A model generated the notes under the pieces. It worked only from the letters and a program-made list of their open reading frames with translations, searched no databases and was not told the DNA's origin. A program made the position numbers and the translations under genes. Shown piece by piece: positions 6,169 to 6,967 of a stretch of 6,967 nt of DNA; positions within the stretch are counted from its first letter, which is position 1; every line of letters begins with the position of its first letter. The stretch comes from an uncultured archaeon (GTDB lineage Archaea; Asgardarchaeota; Lokiarchaeia; Sigyniarchaeales; Promethearchaeaceae), in the NCBI GenBank assembly GCA_964426185.1, contig CAYRPF010000033.1, positions 26,935-33,901 of the forward strand, in the 5' to 3' direction.

Positions 6169-6687
6169 ATGAAAAAAATTGGAATCTTAAGTGATACACA
6201 CGATAATTTACCTAAAATCAAGAAAGTGGTTGAACTTTTTATCGCTGAAAATGTCGATCTAATTACACATTGTGGCGATTATGTTGCCCCATTTGTGAAA
6301 AGAGCCATGACACCACTCCAAGAAGCGGGCATTTCTGTGTGGGGCGTTTATGGAAATAATGATGGGGAAAGAATTGGTTTAAAAAAAATTGCAGGAGACA
6401 TAATCAGTTTTAAAGGAGAATTTTATGAATTTCAAGAAGGAGAATGGAAATTTGCAATGTATCATGGAACAGATCTTCGGATTTTGGAAAATTTAATTCA
6501 TTCACACTTCTATAATGTTGTATTAACGGGGCATACTCATCAAGCAAAAGTTGAAGAAGTAGGAAAAACCTTGGTTATTAATCCAGGAGAAGGATGCGGG
6601 TATCTCACTGGAACGGCAACATGCGCCATTTTAGAATTAAATACTGATGAATTATCTCTTGAAAATGTTCGTATTCTTCAAATTTAA
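6169..6687 (+). CDS. Metallophosphoesterase, MJ0936/YfcE family (calcineurin-like)
   Basis: All metal-binding motifs are present: SDTHDN, HCGD, GNND, YHG, GHTH and INPGE. Confidence 0.94.
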   Translation: MKKIGILSDTHDNLPKIKKVVELFIAENVDLITHCGDYVAPFVKRAMTPLQEAGISVWGVYGNNDGERIGLKKIAGDIISFKGEFYEFQEGEWKFAMYHGTDLRILENLIHSHFYNVVLTGHTHQAKVEEVGKTLVINPGEGCGYLTGTATCAILELNTDELSLENVRILQI

Positions 6688-6701
6688 ATAAGAGAATTCT
6701 G

Positions 6702-6749
6702 AGAGAAGAAAGAAAAAGAAAAAAATTTTAGCCTGAGGGGTAGTGCCTC
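6702..6749 (-). terminator. Small hairpin plus long pyrimidine/U tract, putative end of a convergent minus-strand transcript
   Basis: Minus strand reads GAGG-CACUACC-CCUC then ...AAAAUUUUUUUCUUUUUCUUUCUUCUC. Confidence 0.4.
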
Positions 6750-6927
6750 TTTAGAGATAAATTTCAATTTTTTTATTTTCCACTTCTATTTGACCATTTA
6801 GATATTGGGATTTTCGAATAAGGCGGTGAAAACCATTTAATAAATGCTATCTAATGTTCTATTCAATAATTCGGAATATTTTCAGCATGAATTTGAAGAT
6901 TCTGGCGTGCAAAATGTACCGCAAATT

Positions 6928-6967
6928 TCAATAGATAAAGGGTATTACAGCGGCAGATCGCGATTTA
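6928..6967 (-). CDS. Probable C-terminus of a gene entering from the right edge, resembling steroid 5-alpha-reductase/ICMT-superfamily membrane proteins
   Basis: The frame from 6966 reads KSRSAAVIPFIY-stop (TGA 6930-6928), similar to the K.R...IPFIF/Y ending of that superfamily. Only 12 residues are visible. Confidence 0.4.
   Translation of the reverse strand, partial: KSRSAAVIPFIY

Noticed and set aside
6169-6687. Vps29 (retromer) eukaryotic-signature assignment
   Set aside because: The full catalytic motif set (GNND, HG, GHTH) fits ordinary MJ0936/YfcE phosphodiesterases, and nothing visible specifically supports Vps29.
6844-6967. Open + strand frame MLSNVLF...IDKGYYSGRSRF with a transposase-like DKGYYS
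   Set aside because: The motif sits only about 30 residues from the start, no terminal inverted repeats are visible, and it overlaps the better-supported minus-strand gene end. It cannot be fully excluded.

Overview
AT-rich window with five complete genes and a partial gene at each edge. In order: the 3' part of an MBL-fold hydrolase (+, <1..768), an unusually long Gfo/Idh/MocA oxidoreductase (+), a 390-aa 3-hydroxyacyl-CoA dehydrogenase (+), a stand-alone PAS/PAC protein (-), an RlmN radical-SAM methyltransferase (-), an MJ0936/YfcE metallophosphoesterase (+), and probably the last 12 codons of a minus-strand gene ending ...KSRSAAVIPFIY. TATA-like boxes about 23-30 nt upstream of start codons, oligo-T tracts after genes and the archaeal-type dehydrogenase suggest an archaeal host, possibly Asgard/Lokiarchaeia (inference only). 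The most interesting unexplained element is in the 2604-3168 intergenic gap: a candidate minus-strand small RNA of about 110 nt. It has a TATA-like box, a G-free body with repeated AAUC/CAUAA motifs and C-runs, an 11-bp hairpin and a U-rich tail. Also notable are a Clostridia-like rlmN in an archaeal-looking context, an inverted repeat over its start codon, and a 30-bp in-frame tandem duplication across its stop codon. I saw no CRISPR array, tRNA, rRNA or intact mobile element.
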